Assembly (NCBI GenBank): GCA_965216755.1
Contig: CBDCGL010000011.1
Location: 736,001 to 800,000 of the forward strand
From: Alphaproteobacteria bacterium
Lineage (GTDB): Bacteria > Pseudomonadota > Alphaproteobacteria > UBA7887
DNA: 64,000 bases
Direction: 5' to 3'
This document shows, piece by piece, positions 37,780 through 47,441 of this stretch. The notes below the pieces were generated by a model. It did no database searches. It was not told the DNA's origin and saw only the letters and a program-made list of their open reading frames with translations. The translations under genes and the position numbers were made by a program. How positions within the stretch are numbered: the first letter of the stretch is position 1; each line of letters opens with the position of its first letter.

Positions 37780-39399
37780 CTAAAACCGCGCGACGCCAAA
37801 ACTGTTTAGCCGCGGTGCGCGAGCGTCGGCCTCACGACATGTCGCCAACACAAAAGCCAACACTTTCCGACTATCGCGTGGATCGACAATGCCATCGTCC
37901 CACAGCCGGGCCGTGGCGTAGTAGGGCGTCGATTCCCGATCAAACTGGGCGATGATCTTGCTTTGCATTTTCTCAAGCGCGGCGTGATCGATCGGTCTGC
38001 CGGTGCGCGCCAATTTCTCTTCCGTAATAATCGCCATCACACGCGCGGCCTGCTCACCGCCCATCACTGAAATGCGGCTGTTCGGCCAGGCAAACAAGAA
38101 GCGCGGATCATAGGCGCGTCCGCACATACCAAAATTGCCGGCGCCAAATGAACCGCCGATAATCAAGGTGATTTGCGGTACCGTGGCGTTGGATACAGCT
38201 TGGATCATCTTTGATCCGTGTTTGACAATGCCGGCTTCTTCGGCCGCGCGCCCGACCATGTAGCCCGTGGTGTTCTGGAGGTAGAGAATTGGTGTGCCGG
38301 ATTGGCAGCACAGCTGTATGAACTGGCCCGCCTTCGCGGCACCGTCGGGGTCGATTGGACCGTTGTTGCCGATGATGCCGACACCGTGACCATCTAGGGC
38401 TGCGTGACCACAAACCGTGTGGGCGCCATAGGTCGACTTGAAATCCAGAAACGCCGATGCGTCGACCAACCGGGCAATAACTTCGCGTACGTCATAGGGC
38501 TTGCGGTAGTCAACCGGTACCAGCCCGCACAACTCGTCGATGTCGTAGTGCGGCATCGGTGCCGTCCCGCGCGTCGATGAGCCGCTTTGCCAGGTGCGCG
38601 CCAACATGGCCATGATTTCGCGGGCAATGCGAATGGCATCGGCGTCGTTTTCGGCGACATATTCCGCCGTGCCTGAAACATTGGCGTGCAGCATGGCGCC
38701 ACCGAGGCTTTCGTCATCGGCGATTTCGCCAGTCGCAGCCTTCAGCAAGGGCGGGCCCGCGAGGAAAATCTTGGCGCGGTCGCGGACCACGACGACATAG
38801 TCCGACAAACCGGGAAGATAGGCGCCGCCCGCCGTCGATGATCCATGAACAACGGTGATTTGCGGTATGCCTGCTGCCGACAGGCGCGCTTGGTTGGCGA
38901 ACGTGCGGCCACCTTCGACAAAGATCTCGGCTTGGTGCAACAAATCGGCACCGGCGCTTTCGGCCAGCGTGATCAGCGGAAGCTTGTTCTCGAAAGCGAT
39001 TGTGTGTGCGCGCAGCAATTTGCGCAGCCCGGCCGGCGTCATGGCGCCGCCTTTGATAGCGCTGTCGTGAGCGACAACGAGGGCGCGGACGCCCTGTACA
39101 AATCCGATTCCGGTGATCAGGCCGCCGCCCGTAATGGCTTCGCCGCCATCGTCATCGTGCATGCCGAAGCCAGCGAGCGTCGAAAGTTCCAAGAGTGGCG
39201 CGCCACGATCGAGCAGGTATGAGAGGCGTTCACGCGGCAGCAACTGGCCACGCGCTTCGAAACGCGGTTTCGCGCGCGCCGAGCGATCACGGACACGCTT
39301 TTCGGCGTCACGAAACGCATCGATCAGCGCCGTCATTGCGGCACGCTGTTCACGAAAGCGCTTGTCCGTGGGATCGACCCGTGACGTGAGTGGTGGCAC
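37780..39399 (-). CDS. atuC: Acyl-CoA carboxylase carboxyltransferase subunit (geranyl-CoA carboxylase beta-like)
   Basis: RGQLLPRER, ESAGADL, HGSSTAGGAYLPGLSD, LQNTTGYMVG, GSFGAGNFGMCGR, LWDDGIVDPRD, FGVARF. Confidence 0.8.
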   Translation of the reverse strand: MPPLTSRVDPTDKRFREQRAAMTALIDAFRDAEKRVRDRSARAKPRFEARGQLLPRERLSYLLDRGAPLLELSTLAGFGMHDDDGGEAITGGGLITGIGFVQGVRALVVAHDSAIKGGAMTPAGLRKLLRAHTIAFENKLPLITLAESAGADLLHQAEIFVEGGRTFANQARLSAAGIPQITVVHGSSTAGGAYLPGLSDYVVVVRDRAKIFLAGPPLLKAATGEIADDESLGGAMLHANVSGTAEYVAENDADAIRIAREIMAMLARTWQSGSSTRGTAPMPHYDIDELCGLVPVDYRKPYDVREVIARLVDASAFLDFKSTYGAHTVCGHAALDGHGVGIIGNNGPIDPDGAAKAGQFIQLCCQSGTPILYLQNTTGYMVGRAAEEAGIVKHGSKMIQAVSNATVPQITLIIGGSFGAGNFGMCGRAYDPRFLFAWPNSRISVMGGEQAARVMAIITEEKLARTGRPIDHAALEKMQSKIIAQFDRESTPYYATARLWDDGIVDPRDSRKVLAFVLATCREADARAPRLNSFGVARF

Positions 39400-39408
39400 G
39401 GCGAGTCC

Positions 39409-40140
39409 TCAAGCTATTAGTTCGAGTAAAGCTTCGAGCATCGCCGCGGTCTCAGCGTCGAAACAGCCGTCCACACGCGACGGCCGAAAATGGCGCTGAA
39501 AGGCCAAGACGACATCGCGCGTCTTGTCGTCAAAGTGACCATCCGTCGCGACCGCATAGCCATACGCCGCCAACGCCGATTGAGCGGCGGTGACAGATGA
39601 ACCTTTGTCGCCCAACTCTACAGGCGATCGTGTGGTCCTCAACGCGGCGGGTTCAGCCCACAAGCCTATGCCCTTGGCCGCCAGGCGACGCCAATCGAAC
39701 AGCTCGCCCGGGTCCTGTTTGCGCGACGGCGCCACGTCCGAATGGCCCAAAACGCGCCGCCGCGGAATTGGATGGCGCCTCAATATGTCCCACGCCAATT
39801 CCTCAAGCGCTACCATCTGCGCTTCGGGATAAGGCTGATAGCCGAATTCGTGCCCGGGATTTTCCAGCTCTATGCCGATCGATAAGTTATTGATATCGGT
39901 TTCGCCGGCCCAGGCGCTGATGCCCGCATGCCAAGCGCGCCGTGCCTCGGGCACAAGACGAAATATGGTCCCCGATGTCTCGATAAAATAGTGAGCACTC
40001 ACATCGACATCCGGGTCGCAGAGGCGATCGAGCGCCGCGTCGGGGGACTGCATACCAGTGTAATGCAGCACCAGCATGTCAATGACACGGTCCGCGCTGC
40101 GCGCATCGTTAGACGGGGAAGGACGATCTACAAGATTCAC
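39409..40140 (-). CDS. N-acetylmuramoyl-L-alanine amidase (Amidase_2) with peptidoglycan-binding domain
   Basis: LVLHYTGM, VSAHY, RAWHAG, SIGIELENPGH, GHSDVAPSRKQDPGE, AFQRHFRP. Start approximate (GTG 40140). Confidence 0.93.
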   Translation of the reverse strand: MNLVDRPSPSNDARSADRVIDMLVLHYTGMQSPDAALDRLCDPDVDVSAHYFIETSGTIFRLVPEARRAWHAGISAWAGETDINNLSIGIELENPGHEFGYQPYPEAQMVALEELAWDILRRHPIPRRRVLGHSDVAPSRKQDPGELFDWRRLAAKGIGLWAEPAALRTTRSPVELGDKGSSVTAAQSALAAYGYAVATDGHFDDKTRDVVLAFQRHFRPSRVDGCFDAETAAMLEALLELIA

Positions 40141-40269
40141 AATACAACCACACTGCCCGAATTGCGCGGAACCAAAGCGCTGGCAAAGTTTCGTGGATGA
40201 ACGCAGCATCGAAATCTATTCGGAATCGCCTTCTTGTGCGAGAGCGTGACTGGCCGAGAGGTCAGCGGA

Positions 40270-40287
40270 GGCGGCGATTTCGCCGCC
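40270..40287 (-). terminator. GC-rich hairpin downstream of flagellin (possible terminator or stabiliser)
   Basis: GGCGGCG-ATTT-CGCCGCC; no clear U-tract. Confidence 0.4.
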
Positions 40288-40341
40288 CCTGTGCCGAATT
40301 CGAAACGGTCTCTTTCTGGACCGCCTGGCTGGCCATCAGAC

Positions 40342-41166
40342 CTAACGGAACAATCCCAAAAGGGTTTGCGGAGCGGAGTTTGCAATGCCCAAGGTCTGCA
40401 CGGCTAGCTGTTGCTTGACCTGTAGCGCCTGAAGCTTTGCGGATTCCTTGGCCAGGTCAGCATCAACGATGGAGCCGAGACCTTCCTCGACCGAATCGGA
40501 GATCGAGGACAGGAAGCTATCCTGGAAGTCGAGGGCGCGGAAGTCAGCACCCAACTGGCCCAATGCCGTGTTGACCACAGCGATGACCGAATTGACCGCC
40601 GTCAGCGCCGCCGACGCAGCCGTTGTCGACGCCAAGGTTTGCGCGTTCAAAAGACTGTAGGCGTTGGCCTCCAGATCTTGCGCCCGAACAGTCAAAGCGC
40701 CGCCGGTCGTGTCCGCGATGACGTTCACGTTGGTACCACCCGACTCGAGGATGTTTCGGCCGTTGAATTCAGCGTTTTGAATGAAATTCAAAACCTGGCC
40801 GACCAGTTCAGAATAGTCCGCGTTGAGGATATTCTGCTGCTCGGTCGTGTTACCGGGGTTCAACCCCTCGATAATCTTGGCTTTGATGTCTTGCAGCAGA
40901 TCCGACACGGCGGTGGCACCGGCAACACCAACGGATGCCACGCCTTGGCCGTTGGAGAGACCTTGACGAACCGCGCCAATGGCTTTGATTTCAGCTCGAA
41001 TGCCCTGGGCGATCGCGAAGTTTGACGCGTTGTCTTTGGCGCCAATAACCTTCAAGCCCGTGGACACACGGTCCTGCGTCTTGCCTAACGCGGTATTCGT
41101 CAGGTTTAGGTTTTTCAGCGCCACAAGGGCGCCGACATTTGTATTGATAGAGTTTTGCAATGCCAT
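40342..41166 (-). CDS. fliC: Flagellin (short alphaproteobacterial type)
   Basis: SINTNVGALVAL...RVSTGLKV, AEFNGRNIL, VDADLAKESAKLQALQVKQQL...IANSAPQTLLGLFR. Confidence 0.95.
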   Translation of the reverse strand: MALQNSINTNVGALVALKNLNLTNTALGKTQDRVSTGLKVIGAKDNASNFAIAQGIRAEIKAIGAVRQGLSNGQGVASVGVAGATAVSDLLQDIKAKIIEGLNPGNTTEQQNILNADYSELVGQVLNFIQNAEFNGRNILESGGTNVNVIADTTGGALTVRAQDLEANAYSLLNAQTLASTTAASAALTAVNSVIAVVNTALGQLGADFRALDFQDSFLSSISDSVEEGLGSIVDADLAKESAKLQALQVKQQLAVQTLGIANSAPQTLLGLFR

Positions 41167-41204
41167 AGTTACACTCCATGCATGCGTGTGAGTGCATTAG
41201 CGTC

Positions 41205-41319
41205 TGCAAAAACTATGCCGTCTCGACAAGGACTATAAATGATTGATTTATAAATCGTAATGCGCCGAGGGACAGGCCCTGCGACACACTGCTCGGTCGC
41301 CGAGGGGCAAGATCTGCCC
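41205..41319 (-). promoter_or_regulatory. sigma54 flagellin promoter with IHF site and FlbD/ftr-like enhancer
   Basis: Minus strand CGGCATAGTTTTTGCA (GG-N10-GC) at 41205-41220; AATCAATCATTTA (exact WATCAANNNNTTR) at 41236-41248; palindrome GGGCA-AGATC-TGCCC at 41305-41319. Confidence 0.8.
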
Positions 41320-41338
41320 GCCGGTTTTGGTGCGTTCT

Positions 41339-42136
41339 TTAGTCGAACATCTTGTCAATATCGTCTTGGCTTACACGCTCAACGTTGACAGATTTCTTAT
41401 CGATAATTTTATCGAGATCATCCAGACCTTTTGGCGCGTCCGGTAGATCGACCGCGTTAATGTCATCCTCGCCCCAGATTTTGATGATTTTTTCGACGCG
41501 TTCCTCAACATATTTGAGCGTATTTACAACCTTACCAAGGCGTTGACCCGTCAAGTCTTGGAAATTGCATGCTTCGAAAACGCTTGTGACTTGATCGGCG
41601 ATCGTCTCCGCAAGTGACCGCAGATAGTCATTCTCGGTGCTTTTCTGAATTGACGCCGCCGCTTCGTCGATTTGCTCCATCGATTCGATGATTTGGCTCG
41701 TCGCATTGGCCGTGGCGGCAACAACACCGTCAAGCTCATGCTGAACGACCGTCATTCGGGTGTCGGTCTCTGCCGAGCGATAAAGAGCCGCGACTTCTTC
41801 CTTTGTCTCTTGGATCGAGTATGACAGCGCGTGCACTTCGTTTTTCACCAATTGGAGCTCGTCGGCGAGCTTCTCCTTTTCTTCCGCGGCTTGTGCAACA
41901 GCGGCAGACTCGGCCGCTTCCGCGTCTTCCTCGCTCGCGGTGCCGCCGACAGCTGCGACCAGGTGCCGGATGTCCGATTGCATACCTATCACGGCCGTCA
42001 AGAGCATCTCGAGTTCTGCTGAACCGATCTGGCCATTGGTTGGTGCCGCATTCAGCCCGAGTGGCAGCTTGACCTTGGGGCCACTGTGTTGCCGATCGAC
42101 CGTATATTGACGTGCATGTGCTGCGTTCACCATCAA
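41339..42136 (-). CDS. cheZ: CheZ-family chemotaxis phosphatase (alphaproteobacterial type)
   Basis: ELDGVVAATANATSQI, FEACNFQDLTGQRLGKVV, C-terminal SQDDIDKMFD. Confidence 0.85.
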   Translation of the reverse strand: MMVNAAHARQYTVDRQHSGPKVKLPLGLNAAPTNGQIGSAELEMLLTAVIGMQSDIRHLVAAVGGTASEEDAEAAESAAVAQAAEEKEKLADELQLVKNEVHALSYSIQETKEEVAALYRSAETDTRMTVVQHELDGVVAATANATSQIIESMEQIDEAAASIQKSTENDYLRSLAETIADQVTSVFEACNFQDLTGQRLGKVVNTLKYVEERVEKIIKIWGEDDINAVDLPDAPKGLDDLDKIIDKKSVNVERVSQDDIDKMFD

Positions 42137-42332
42137 GTCCTCCCTCGCCAGCAGTCGGCCAGTACCCTTCGGGGCGCCGGCGCGTTGTGTTCGTCGCGCG
42201 CGTTCCGACCTAAGAAATCGATAGATCGGTTGGATCGCTTGTCAAGCCGTGCCAAGGCTTCCTAGACTTCAGCGCGCGTGCGACCGCGAATTCTCAGGGA
42301 CAACCGTTAATATTTGGGAGCCGACCGTGAAT

Positions 42333-43334
42333 ATGAGCTACTGGTTACGCATCACGCTAATTTTCATGGTATTTGCGACGTCTTTCGGTGGTATTCGACA
42401 TGTCGCGTCGGCCCAAGAGACATTGCGCGCGGTTTCGATGTTTCCCGAGCCCGTTGTGTTCACGCGTAGTTTCCTGGGCTTTGTAGACAAGGTGAATGGC
42501 GATCCATCGGGCCTTGTTCAGATCCAATTCATCGGCGGCCCCGAAGCGTTGCCGACCAGCGAACAGGCTGAGGCCGTGCGCGCCGGCGTTGTAGATATGA
42601 TGTACGGCCCGGGCAGCTACTATCCCGGCATCGTGCCCGAAACCGACGCCTTGATCGGAAGCAATGTCTTGCCTATGGAACAGCGGGCCAACGGCGGCAT
42701 TGCATTGCTGGGCAAGATCCACCGCGAGAAGATGAATGCGCACTATTTGGCACACACCGAGGGTGGTATCGGATTCCATATCTATTTGCGGGAACCGCCG
42801 CCCGTGAACGATGCGGGGATTGCGGATCTTAGCGGACTAAAACTGCGCGCCGGCCCATTCTATCGCGAATTCTTCAATCGACTGGGCGCGATCCATGTCG
42901 GCATTCCGGCGGCTGAGGTTTATACGGCCTTGGCCAGGGGCACGGTCGACGGCATAGGGTGGACGTCGATCGGCGTCATGGATTTTTCCTGGGACGAGTA
43001 TCTGAAAGTCAGAATTGAGCCATCATTTTCGCAGACCGATGTTGGCATCGTGGTCAACCAAGATCGTTGGGACTCGCTCAGCGAAGCCGCGAAAGAGGTG
43101 CTCGAATCGGCCGCGATCGAATATGAAGAGGAAAGCTACCAGCGTTTGCAGGCACTTAAGGCGGAGGAGGACGCGCAATTGCGCGCGCGGGGCATGCGCG
43201 TCGTCGCACTGGCACCTGGGCAAGCGGAGAGCTACTTGGAAGCAGCCTATGAATCAATTTGGCAGCGCCTACGCGAACGCGACGGTACCTATTACGATGA
43301 TCTGCGCGCACGTTTCTACCGCGAACCGCAATAG
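42333..43334 (+). CDS. dctP: TRAP transporter substrate-binding protein
   Basis: Signal peptide; GGPEALP, DLSGLKLR, EVYTALARGTVDG, WDSLSE. Confidence 0.9.
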   Translation: MSYWLRITLIFMVFATSFGGIRHVASAQETLRAVSMFPEPVVFTRSFLGFVDKVNGDPSGLVQIQFIGGPEALPTSEQAEAVRAGVVDMMYGPGSYYPGIVPETDALIGSNVLPMEQRANGGIALLGKIHREKMNAHYLAHTEGGIGFHIYLREPPPVNDAGIADLSGLKLRAGPFYREFFNRLGAIHVGIPAAEVYTALARGTVDGIGWTSIGVMDFSWDEYLKVRIEPSFSQTDVGIVVNQDRWDSLSEAAKEVLESAAIEYEEESYQRLQALKAEEDAQLRARGMRVVALAPGQAESYLEAAYESIWQRLRERDGTYYDDLRARFYREPQ

Positions 43335-43380
43335 CCGTGACCATGATGCGCAGCGGCTGGCCTGACGAGCGACCGTAAAC

Positions 43381-43893
43381 GTGAACCGCCTGATTCGTGC
43401 TCACGATCGGTTTCTCAGTGGGCTCGCGGGCCTTGCAGGCAGCATTCTGGCCGCCATCGTCGTTTTTGTCGCGATCGACGTTGTCCTCCGCAATATTGGT
43501 TTTCAACCGCCTCCGCACACATTGGCACTGAGCGAGTACGGTCTGTATTACGCGACGTTGTTCGCGGCGCCGTGGTTGGTCCGCTCCCGCGGCCATGTTT
43601 CTGTCGAAATCGTGACGGCCGCGGTACCGGCTGGGATCAGGCGCATCATGATGGCGATCGCTTGTCTGTCCTGCGGTCTTGCGTGCCTGATCGTCGCTTG
43701 GTTCGGTTGGGAAGTGACTGCCAGCAATTACGTACGTGGCACATTCGACGTCCGGTCTTTCGATATGCCTAAATGGCTGTTGTTTGCGGCCATGCCTCTT
43801 TCCTTTTTGTTGATGGCCGTTGAATTTGCCCGTCTCTTGTTCCGGCCTCAAACAGCGCCCACCAACGCAAGACATCAACCGGATCCGCTGTAA
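43381..43893 (+). CDS. dctQ: TRAP transporter small permease
   Basis: Four TMs, DVVLR, GHVSVE; lies between dctP and dctM. Confidence 0.88.
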   Translation: MNRLIRAHDRFLSGLAGLAGSILAAIVVFVAIDVVLRNIGFQPPPHTLALSEYGLYYATLFAAPWLVRSRGHVSVEIVTAAVPAGIRRIMMAIACLSCGLACLIVAWFGWEVTASNYVRGTFDVRSFDMPKWLLFAAMPLSFLLMAVEFARLLFRPQTAPTNARHQPDPL

Positions 43894-43895
43894 CG

Positions 43896-45200
43896 ATGCC
43901 TTGGGGTGTTGTGACCAGCGTTATGGTCGGCGCGGTCGTCGGACTTATGGCGCTGGGACTGCCAGTGGCGTTTGCGTTCCTCGCGGTCGACTTGGCGGGC
44001 GCCTACAAAGTATTGGGTGGTGCCGCGGGGCTCAGGCAGTTCGTCTCCAATGCGACAGCGTCGATCACGACATTTGCCCTGGTTCCGGTCCCTCTTTTCC
44101 TCTTGATGGGCGAGCTGTTCTTTCACACCGGTCTTGCGGTCCGGGTCTTCGATGCGCTGGATGCTTGCTTCGGTCGATTGCCGGGCCGCCTATCGTTTCT
44201 GACGGTCGCCGGCGGCACCCTCTTTGCGACGCTGTCCGGATCAAGCATGGCGAACACGGCCATGCTTGGATCCTTGCTGGTGCCTGAAATGGCGCGGCGC
44301 GGTTACAAGCCTGCCATGTCCATTGGGCCAATCTTGGGTACCGGGGGCTTGGCCATGTTGATCCCACCCTCGGCTCTGGCGGTCTTGTTGGCCAGCTTGG
44401 CGCGCATCGACGTCGGTGCTTTGCTCATCGCCGGCCTTCTGCCGGGTCTGCTATTGGCGAGCCTCTACGGCGCGATGATTTTGGTCCGCCTACGACTTGA
44501 TCCGGATTCCGCGCCGGACTATCCGGTCGATGTCTTGCCTATGGCCGAGCGGCTAGGCCTTGTCGCACGCGATGTATTGCCGATGGGCCTGGTCGTGATC
44601 TTCGTCATCGGTTCAATTCTTGGTGGCTTCGCCACCCCGTCCGAGGCCGCGGCATTCGGCGTTATCGGCGTCCTCATTCTTGCTTTCGTGCGCGGGACCT
44701 TGAACTGGCCAGCGGTCGCCAAGAGCCTGCGCGGCGCCACACGGGTTACCGCGATGGCGTTTTTGATTATCATGATGTCGGCCACATTTGCGCAGATCCT
44801 CGCGTTTTCCGGCGCCAGCAGCGGGTTGGTGCGTTGGGCGACAAGCCTTGAGGCCTCGGGAATCGTGCTCTTGTTGGCGATGCTCGCGGTCCTGCTAATG
44901 CTCGGCATGTTCATGGATCAGCTATCCATGATGTTGCTGACCGTACCGATCTTTTTTCCGCTCGCGCAGAGCCTCGGCTTTGATCCGATCTGGTTTGCGG
45001 TGTTGATGTTGCTCGCCCTGGAGATCGGTTTGACCACGCCGCCCTTCGGTTTGTTGCTGTTTGTGATGCGCGGTGTTGCGCCGGCCGGTACGACGATGGG
45101 ACAAATCTACACCGCCGCGCTGCCCTTTATCGGCTGCGCGATGGCGGTGGTCGTTTTGGTTATCCTATTCCCTGGGATCGCGTTGTTTCTTGTTCGCTAG
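43896..45200 (+). CDS. dctM: TRAP transporter large permease
   Basis: VPLFLLMGEL, SGSSMA, LIPPS, TPSEAAA, GLTTPPFG. Confidence 0.93.
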   Translation: MPWGVVTSVMVGAVVGLMALGLPVAFAFLAVDLAGAYKVLGGAAGLRQFVSNATASITTFALVPVPLFLLMGELFFHTGLAVRVFDALDACFGRLPGRLSFLTVAGGTLFATLSGSSMANTAMLGSLLVPEMARRGYKPAMSIGPILGTGGLAMLIPPSALAVLLASLARIDVGALLIAGLLPGLLLASLYGAMILVRLRLDPDSAPDYPVDVLPMAERLGLVARDVLPMGLVVIFVIGSILGGFATPSEAAAFGVIGVLILAFVRGTLNWPAVAKSLRGATRVTAMAFLIIMMSATFAQILAFSGASSGLVRWATSLEASGIVLLLAMLAVLLMLGMFMDQLSMMLLTVPIFFPLAQSLGFDPIWFAVLMLLALEIGLTTPPFGLLLFVMRGVAPAGTTMGQIYTAALPFIGCAMAVVVLVILFPGIALFLVR

Positions 45201-46187
45201 AGCTGGCGCGCGCGCCAGACCGAAATGGTCCAAGAAGCCAAGGAACCGCGCCAGAATCTCACGTTTGTAGGCATTCATGTCACGATCGCCGTAGCTGTAG
45301 AAACCGCGGCCGGTTTTGATGCCGATGGCACCTGATTCCATATTCTGTTTGACCACCGGTGGCGCTGCAAAACGGTCGCTACCCAGCTTGTTTTCCAGAT
45401 AGCGATCGGCGTAATAGAGAATGTCGCCACCGCCCCAGTCGATGAACTCTATGACACCGATGCCGGCAAATCGAAAGCCAAGTCCAAATCGCGTTGCCTG
45501 GTCAATTTCCTCAGGCGTGGCAACGCCTTCCGCCACCATACGCGCGGCCTCGTTCATGATCAGCGCCTGCAAGCGCGGAACGATGTAGCCAGGCGACGCG
45601 GCACAGGTGACGGGCACCTTGCCAATGTCGGCCAGAAATTTGCGGGTCTCCTCGATAACCGTCGGTTTCGTAGGTGCCGCCGGACTAATCTCGACAAGTG
45701 GAATTAGAAATGCCGGATTCAACCAATGGACATTGAGAAAGCGTTCGGGTCGTCCGACGAAGGATGCCAGTTCGTCGGCCAGCATGGTCGATGTCGTTGA
45801 GGCAATCACCGTCTCCGGCGCGGCGACCTGGTCAATCGCCGCCAATGTTGGCCGCTTTGCGTCGGCATGTTCAGGAACTGCTTCAAACACGAACCGCGCT
45901 TGGCCGACGTGAGCGGCCAATTGAGCTGCCGGATTGACCGTAATCCGTGTCAATATCGGGTCGACCAGGTTGGCGTCAAACTGGCCGCTCGCGGCGACGT
46001 CGCTCAGGCTCGCACGAACGTCCGCTTCGGCATCAAGGCGAAGCGTTGTGAATGCCTCATCCGTGCGGTTCTTGGCGTCGATCAGACTGACGCCATACCC
46101 GGCATAAGCGAAGACATGGGCCAAACCTCGTCCCATCCGACCCGCGCCGACAATGGCAACATGTTCATTTCGCACGTTATTGGTCAT
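45165..46187 (-). CDS. 3-hydroxyacyl-CoA (3-hydroxybutyryl-CoA) dehydrogenase family protein
   Basis: VGAGRMGRG, FEAVPE, ASTTST, HWLNPAFLIPLVE, PGYIVPRLQ. Confidence 0.9.
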   Translation of the reverse strand: MTNNVRNEHVAIVGAGRMGRGLAHVFAYAGYGVSLIDAKNRTDEAFTTLRLDAEADVRASLSDVAASGQFDANLVDPILTRITVNPAAQLAAHVGQARFVFEAVPEHADAKRPTLAAIDQVAAPETVIASTTSTMLADELASFVGRPERFLNVHWLNPAFLIPLVEISPAAPTKPTVIEETRKFLADIGKVPVTCAASPGYIVPRLQALIMNEAARMVAEGVATPEEIDQATRFGLGFRFAGIGVIEFIDWGGGDILYYADRYLENKLGSDRFAAPPVVKQNMESGAIGIKTGRGFYSYGDRDMNAYKREILARFLGFLDHFGLARAPALANKKQRDPRE

Positions 46188-47275
46188 GACTCGTTGAAAC
46201 CGTCAGAAAGCTTTAGCTTTAGATCTTCAATCGAATATGGGGCCAAGCCGAGCTCTTGAAGCGTGCGTCCATGCGCGACAAGATTTTCCTCAAGAACGGC
46301 AGCCGCGATTGCCAGCAAGCCGTCGGCTAGGGGCGTGTGGACTCCGGCTTTGCGCGCGACGGACGTCATGAACGTCAGGCCATGCACGACGTCTTCGCGC
46401 ATATAGCGATGGTCATGTAGGTCGATCGGTTCGCGCCAATCACCACTGTCGACCAACTTTTCATGGGCGGCGTTTCCGTACATCCATTCCTCGCCATCGG
46501 GCGCGTAGTGGTCGGCGAGCGGGAAGTGTGGCGGCGGATACGACAATGCTTGACGCACCGCAATGCGCTCCGCGTCCAAAGCATCGGTCACCCGGCGAAT
46601 CGCCGGTTGTGTGCCTTCATTGTGGATATCCCAGTTGGATGCGTATTCAAGGGGCCCCGCGTTCATCAGGATGAGCGGCGGATGGATGATTGGCCCGGCG
46701 TTCTGAAGGGCCGCGTCAAGCGCATCGCAACAGCGTTCAACCGCGGGAAAAGCGGCTTCGATAACGGCAAAAGCGTGAGCCGCATCGATGCCTGGAAAAA
46801 CACCACTTGGTAGGCGCGTGGCGCGGGCGCTAATCGCGACCAAGTCTTGGCCACGCTTGCGAGCCAACCAAGGCAAAGTTCCTGCTTCCGCGAAGCTGAC
46901 ATGCGCTCGACTACCTGCTCTACGCACCGCTTCCGCCATGACGTAGCTGCCAAATGTCCCCGGCGGCATAAAAACGACCTGGCCATCGACCAAATATGGC
47001 GCCAACGCCGCGCCGACAGACGATTGGCTGGGGGCCGGCAATGGCGCGACGATCAGGGCGGCGCCATTGACAACCTTGCCGAGATCGGTGCTGGCCAAGG
47101 CCAAAGGAACGCGACGTTCGCCCCGAACATCCAGAATGCGAACTGATTGTTGCGACAATACGGGTCCGAATGCTTCGGCGTCGCGTCGCCAGAGCCGCAC
47201 GGCATGACCCTGTTCAGCCAAGTCAGCGGCAGCCGCGTATGCGCCGTGGCCACCGCCGACAACCGCAATTTCCAT
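46184..47275 (-). CDS. NAD/NADP-dependent opine (octopine/nopaline) dehydrogenase family protein
   Basis: MEIAVVGGGHGAYAAAADL, PPGTFGS, EAGTLPW, NAGPIIHP, HRYMRED. Confidence 0.88.
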   Translation of the reverse strand: MEIAVVGGGHGAYAAAADLAEQGHAVRLWRRDAEAFGPVLSQQSVRILDVRGERRVPLALASTDLGKVVNGAALIVAPLPAPSQSSVGAALAPYLVDGQVVFMPPGTFGSYVMAEAVRRAGSRAHVSFAEAGTLPWLARKRGQDLVAISARATRLPSGVFPGIDAAHAFAVIEAAFPAVERCCDALDAALQNAGPIIHPPLILMNAGPLEYASNWDIHNEGTQPAIRRVTDALDAERIAVRQALSYPPPHFPLADHYAPDGEEWMYGNAAHEKLVDSGDWREPIDLHDHRYMREDVVHGLTFMTSVARKAGVHTPLADGLLAIAAAVLEENLVAHGRTLQELGLAPYSIEDLKLKLSDGFNES

Positions 47276-47441
47276 TCTCAACCTCGCTGTGATTTGGCGG
47301 CAGAACTTAGCCGAGCGTGCGGCTATCCTCTGGATGCATTTGGGCGGCGTCAAGCGCGCCGCCATCATCGTCGCGACGCTTGCCAATGTCATATCAGATC
47401 CGCCATAAGCCCAGTTCCCGCGGCGGGGAGACGCGGTCCCT

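Noticed and set aside
39380-39420. RNase P RNA, which often follows this amidase in alphaproteobacteria
   Set aside because: Only 9 bp separate the amidase from the carboxyltransferase gene, and I saw no GAGGAAAGUCC motif.
42240-42256. Possible sigma54 promoter for cheZ (minus strand TTGGCACGGCTTGACA)
   Set aside because: Good -24 element but no GC at -12. The overlapping TTGACA fits a sigma70 -35 better.
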